From a virus (lineage: Duplodnaviria > Caudoviricetes), in IMG/VR virus record IMGVR_UViG_3300026493_000002: DNA of 64,000 nt. One strand, given 5' to 3'. The notes beneath the pieces were generated by a model that did no database searches, was not told the DNA's origin, and saw only the letters and a program-made list of their open reading frames with translations. A program made the translations under genes and the position numbers. Shown piece by piece: positions 62,055 to 64,000 of the stretch. Each line of letters opens with the position of its first letter. Within the stretch, counting starts at the first letter, position 1.

Positions 62055-62848
62055 GTGGTAGGCGTGAGGTTGACGTGATACGGCTCGGCCTTCATGCAGC
62101 GGCGGCACTTGATCTGCACCACCTCTTTCAGGCCATGCTGCATCAGTTCGTTGAGCGCCGTGCCGGTGTCGAGCATTTCCATTCCGGTTTCGTCGTCAGC
62201 GTCTTCCATGCGCTTGAACTTGTCCACTACCGTCTCACCTGCAACCCACTGGGCAGCTGCGGTCAGCATCACACGTTCCGGATCGGCCAGTGCCTTGCCC
62301 AGACCTTCGATATGCTTGGCGCGCGGGAAGTCGAAACCTGCCGGCAGCACCTGCTTAGCGAACTTCTCCTCACCTTCTTCATCGAGGCTGAGGATCTCAA
62401 TGTCGGACTTGTACACGGCTTCGGTGTTGTGCGTGCCGCAGTCTTCCTCGCGGTACAACGACAGGTCGTCGGGCATCGGGTAGGGATCCTCGTTGGGGAC
62501 GACCATGTTGGTCTCCTTGTGAACGAGGACGCGCTCGCCGCATTCCCAGCTCACCACGACGGGCGTCTTCGGGATCGAGTGGATCCGGAGCCACATCATG
62601 ACGTAGTAGAAGTCGCCGATGGTCAGCTCCTTCGCGTCCTGGGTAATGACCAGGTCGATGGCTCGGATCATGTGGGTCATGTCCTTGAGCGCAGCGGCCT
62701 TCGATACGAGCTTGAACTCCTTGATGCCGAACGGACGGATAAACATCGTGTTCCAGTCGTAGCCCTTGAACTGGCTCGGCAGCGCACCGATATCCTGGTA
62801 GCGCGAGTCAGCGAGGAGCAACTGGAGCTGGTTGTCGTTGTACTTCAT
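62042..62848 (-). CDS. Tail/baseplate hub assembly chaperone (T4 gp26-like)
   Basis: IRPFGIKE.KL, LTIGDFYY....LRI.S, C-terminal CxxC...L....FF; directly upstream of TMP. Confidence 0.8.
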   Translation of the reverse strand: MKYNDNQLQLLLADSRYQDIGALPSQFKGYDWNTMFIRPFGIKEFKLVSKAAALKDMTHMIRAIDLVITQDAKELTIGDFYYVMMWLRIHSIPKTPVVVSWECGERVLVHKETNMVVPNEDPYPMPDDLSLYREEDCGTHNTEAVYKSDIEILSLDEEGEEKFAKQVLPAGFDFPRAKHIEGLGKALADPERVMLTAAAQWVAGETVVDKFKRMEDADDETGMEMLDTGTALNELMQHGLKEVVQIKCRRCMKAEPYHVNLTPTTFFP

Positions 62849-62874
62849 GGTTGTAGGATCCCTGACAGGTTGGG

Positions 62875-63393
62875 TTAACGCGGAGACTTATGGAACGTGT
62901 ACTTCACGTCATCTACGCTGAAAGTCTGCTGATTGGTGATGCGTGCAGAGCCGTCAGAGTAGTTGAGGGAAAACGGGTTGGTGTCTGCCGGCCAGCAGCC
63001 GATAAGTTTGGCCGTGATCACCGCATCGTTCTTCTGATCCAGCAAGGTGACGATGATGTTGCGCTTGTACTGGGACGGAAGGCCATAGGCACCCGTCTCG
63101 AAGTTCTTGACTCTGGACTTCCAGTAGTTGAGCCACGAGGTGGATCGACCACTGCGGTCTTCGTAAAACGTTGCCGAGAACGAACTAACAGTGTGCGTGC
63201 CCGGATGGTAGATGAAGCGGGAACCCACGTACTGACCTTCGCTGACGCTGATATTGTTGAAGGGCAGGTCAATGGCTTCCATGAACTCCGGCGCCAAGTC
63301 GAACGGCAGGTACTTTGCCACCCACTTGAATGCCAGCAAGGGGTCCTCAAGGTTGAGGATCTTCTGAATATCGGTGAGAGTCTTATCTCCCAT
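62875..63393 (-). CDS. Tail tube initiator / tube paralogue (gp54/gp19-like)
   Basis: DPLL.FKW, SATFYED, W...V.....G.YG.PS.YK..I...LLD, CWP. Confidence 0.8.
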   Translation of the reverse strand: MGDKTLTDIQKILNLEDPLLAFKWVAKYLPFDLAPEFMEAIDLPFNNISVSEGQYVGSRFIYHPGTHTVSSFSATFYEDRSGRSTSWLNYWKSRVKNFETGAYGLPSQYKRNIIVTLLDQKNDAVITAKLIGCWPADTNPFSLNYSDGSARITNQQTFSVDDVKYTFHKSPR

Positions 63394-63419
63394 GACTACA
63401 CCTCAACGGGCGCGATGAA

Positions 63420-63459
63420 ACACGAAAGCCTCCGCGCCGGCGACGCGGACACGGAGGCT
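63420..63459 (-). terminator. Terminator/attenuator after the tube gene
   Basis: gcctccg/cggaggc stem followed on the minus strand by tttcgtgttt. Confidence 0.55.
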
Positions 63460-63505
63460 GGGATCGCGTAGGACGTTTTACAGTTCGCCTACGACCGGTC
63501 GAGAC

Positions 63506-64000
63506 TTAGCGGGCCTCGTACCAATCGTATTTGAAACTGACGCTCAGGGTGATCGCGGTCGAGTTGGAACCATCGAACTGGACTTCCGGCACCTGCGACG
63601 GCCACATGTTGACGATCCGGTACTCCTTGACCTTGGTGCCCTTCTGATCGAAGATCGTCAGGTAACCGTCGCGAGCGTACTCGGACTTGTATGCGCCGTG
63701 CTGGGTGTCGTGCGCACGGCAGAACTCGGCCCAGTTCTCGAGGATCGTCTGGATCTGCGCCATTCGATTCTCGAGGTACTGCACGGTCATATCGTGGGAG
63801 TACGTCAGGTTACCGACGTGTTCCAGCGTATGGCCGAACAGCTGCACTTCGACCGCGTTGATGGTCATGCCCGGCTTGGAAGCCTGCTGGCAGAGCATAC
63901 GCAGCGGGATGGTGTTGTCGCCCGTCGGCACGTTGGGAATGTCGAGGACGAAGTTGTCGGACAGCATCGGATCGGGGATCGCAGCTGCCACGTCGCCAAT
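63506..64000 (-). CDS. Tail tube protein (T4 gp19-like), 5' truncated by window edge
   Basis: DPM.SDNF, C..AS.PG.T...VEV, W.E.C......G..K.EY, FDQ.G, WPS.V....FD, V.F.YD; frame open to the window end. Confidence 0.9.
   Translation of the reverse strand: MGDVAAAIPDPMLSDNFVLDIPNVPTGDNTIPLRMLCQQASKPGMTINAVEVQLFGHTLEHVGNLTYSHDMTVQYLENRMAQIQTILENWAEFCRAHDTQHGAYKSEYARDGYLTIFDQKGTKVKEYRIVNMWPSQVPEVQFDGSNSTAITLSVSFKYDWYEAR

Noticed and set aside
30185-63485. CTGTAAA(A)C as a second promoter motif (near 30195 and 63480, minus strand)
   Set aside because: Only two intergenic cases; similar words occur inside genes or over stop codons (4025, 8144), and the 63480 copy lies upstream of a terminator.
52402-64000. 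Type VI secretion system or eCIS/tailocin locus
   Set aside because: PAAR, spike, gp25, tube and sheath are shared with phages; no TssJLM, ClpV or TssK seen, and the TMP, chaperone, many fibres, spanins and accessory genes fit a phage. It cannot be fully excluded because no capsid gene is in the window.
1-64000. tRNA, rRNA, integrase, transposase, intron or intein
   Set aside because: No cloverleaf/T-loop signature, recombinase or splicing motifs were recognised by eye; tRNAscan-SE and HMM searches would be needed to be certain.

Overview
This window is a 64-kb, high-GC (about 60% by eye) segment of a large contractile-tailed (myovirus/jumbo-like) phage, or a prophage-like element; no capsid, terminase or replication genes fall inside it. 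Positions 1-8.5 kb (+) are accessory genes: an HU tail end, an AbiEii/MenT-like nucleotidyltransferase, a BCS1-like AAA ATPase, a PD-(D/E)xK nuclease, a SET-domain methyltransferase and hypotheticals. From 8.7-29.5 kb (+) come the tail sheath, a triple-PAS protein with no output domain, a permuted NlpC/P60 amidase, a long cluster of modular fibre/adhesin genes and a separated i-/o-spanin pair. From 64 kb back to 29.5 kb (-) run the tail tube, tube initiator, a tail-assembly chaperone with a -1 frameshift signal, the tape measure protein with a muramidase domain, and baseplate, hub, spike, PAAR and gp25 genes. These are followed by long tail fibres, a five-member paralogue array, a holin-like gene and a lipoprotein-anchored lytic transglycosylase. 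The two arms converge at a perfect 24-bp palindrome that occurs twice and brackets a two-gene cassette. A recurrent intergenic motif CGTAATTT is a candidate phage late promoter. All calls come from reading motifs by eye; no database searches were run.
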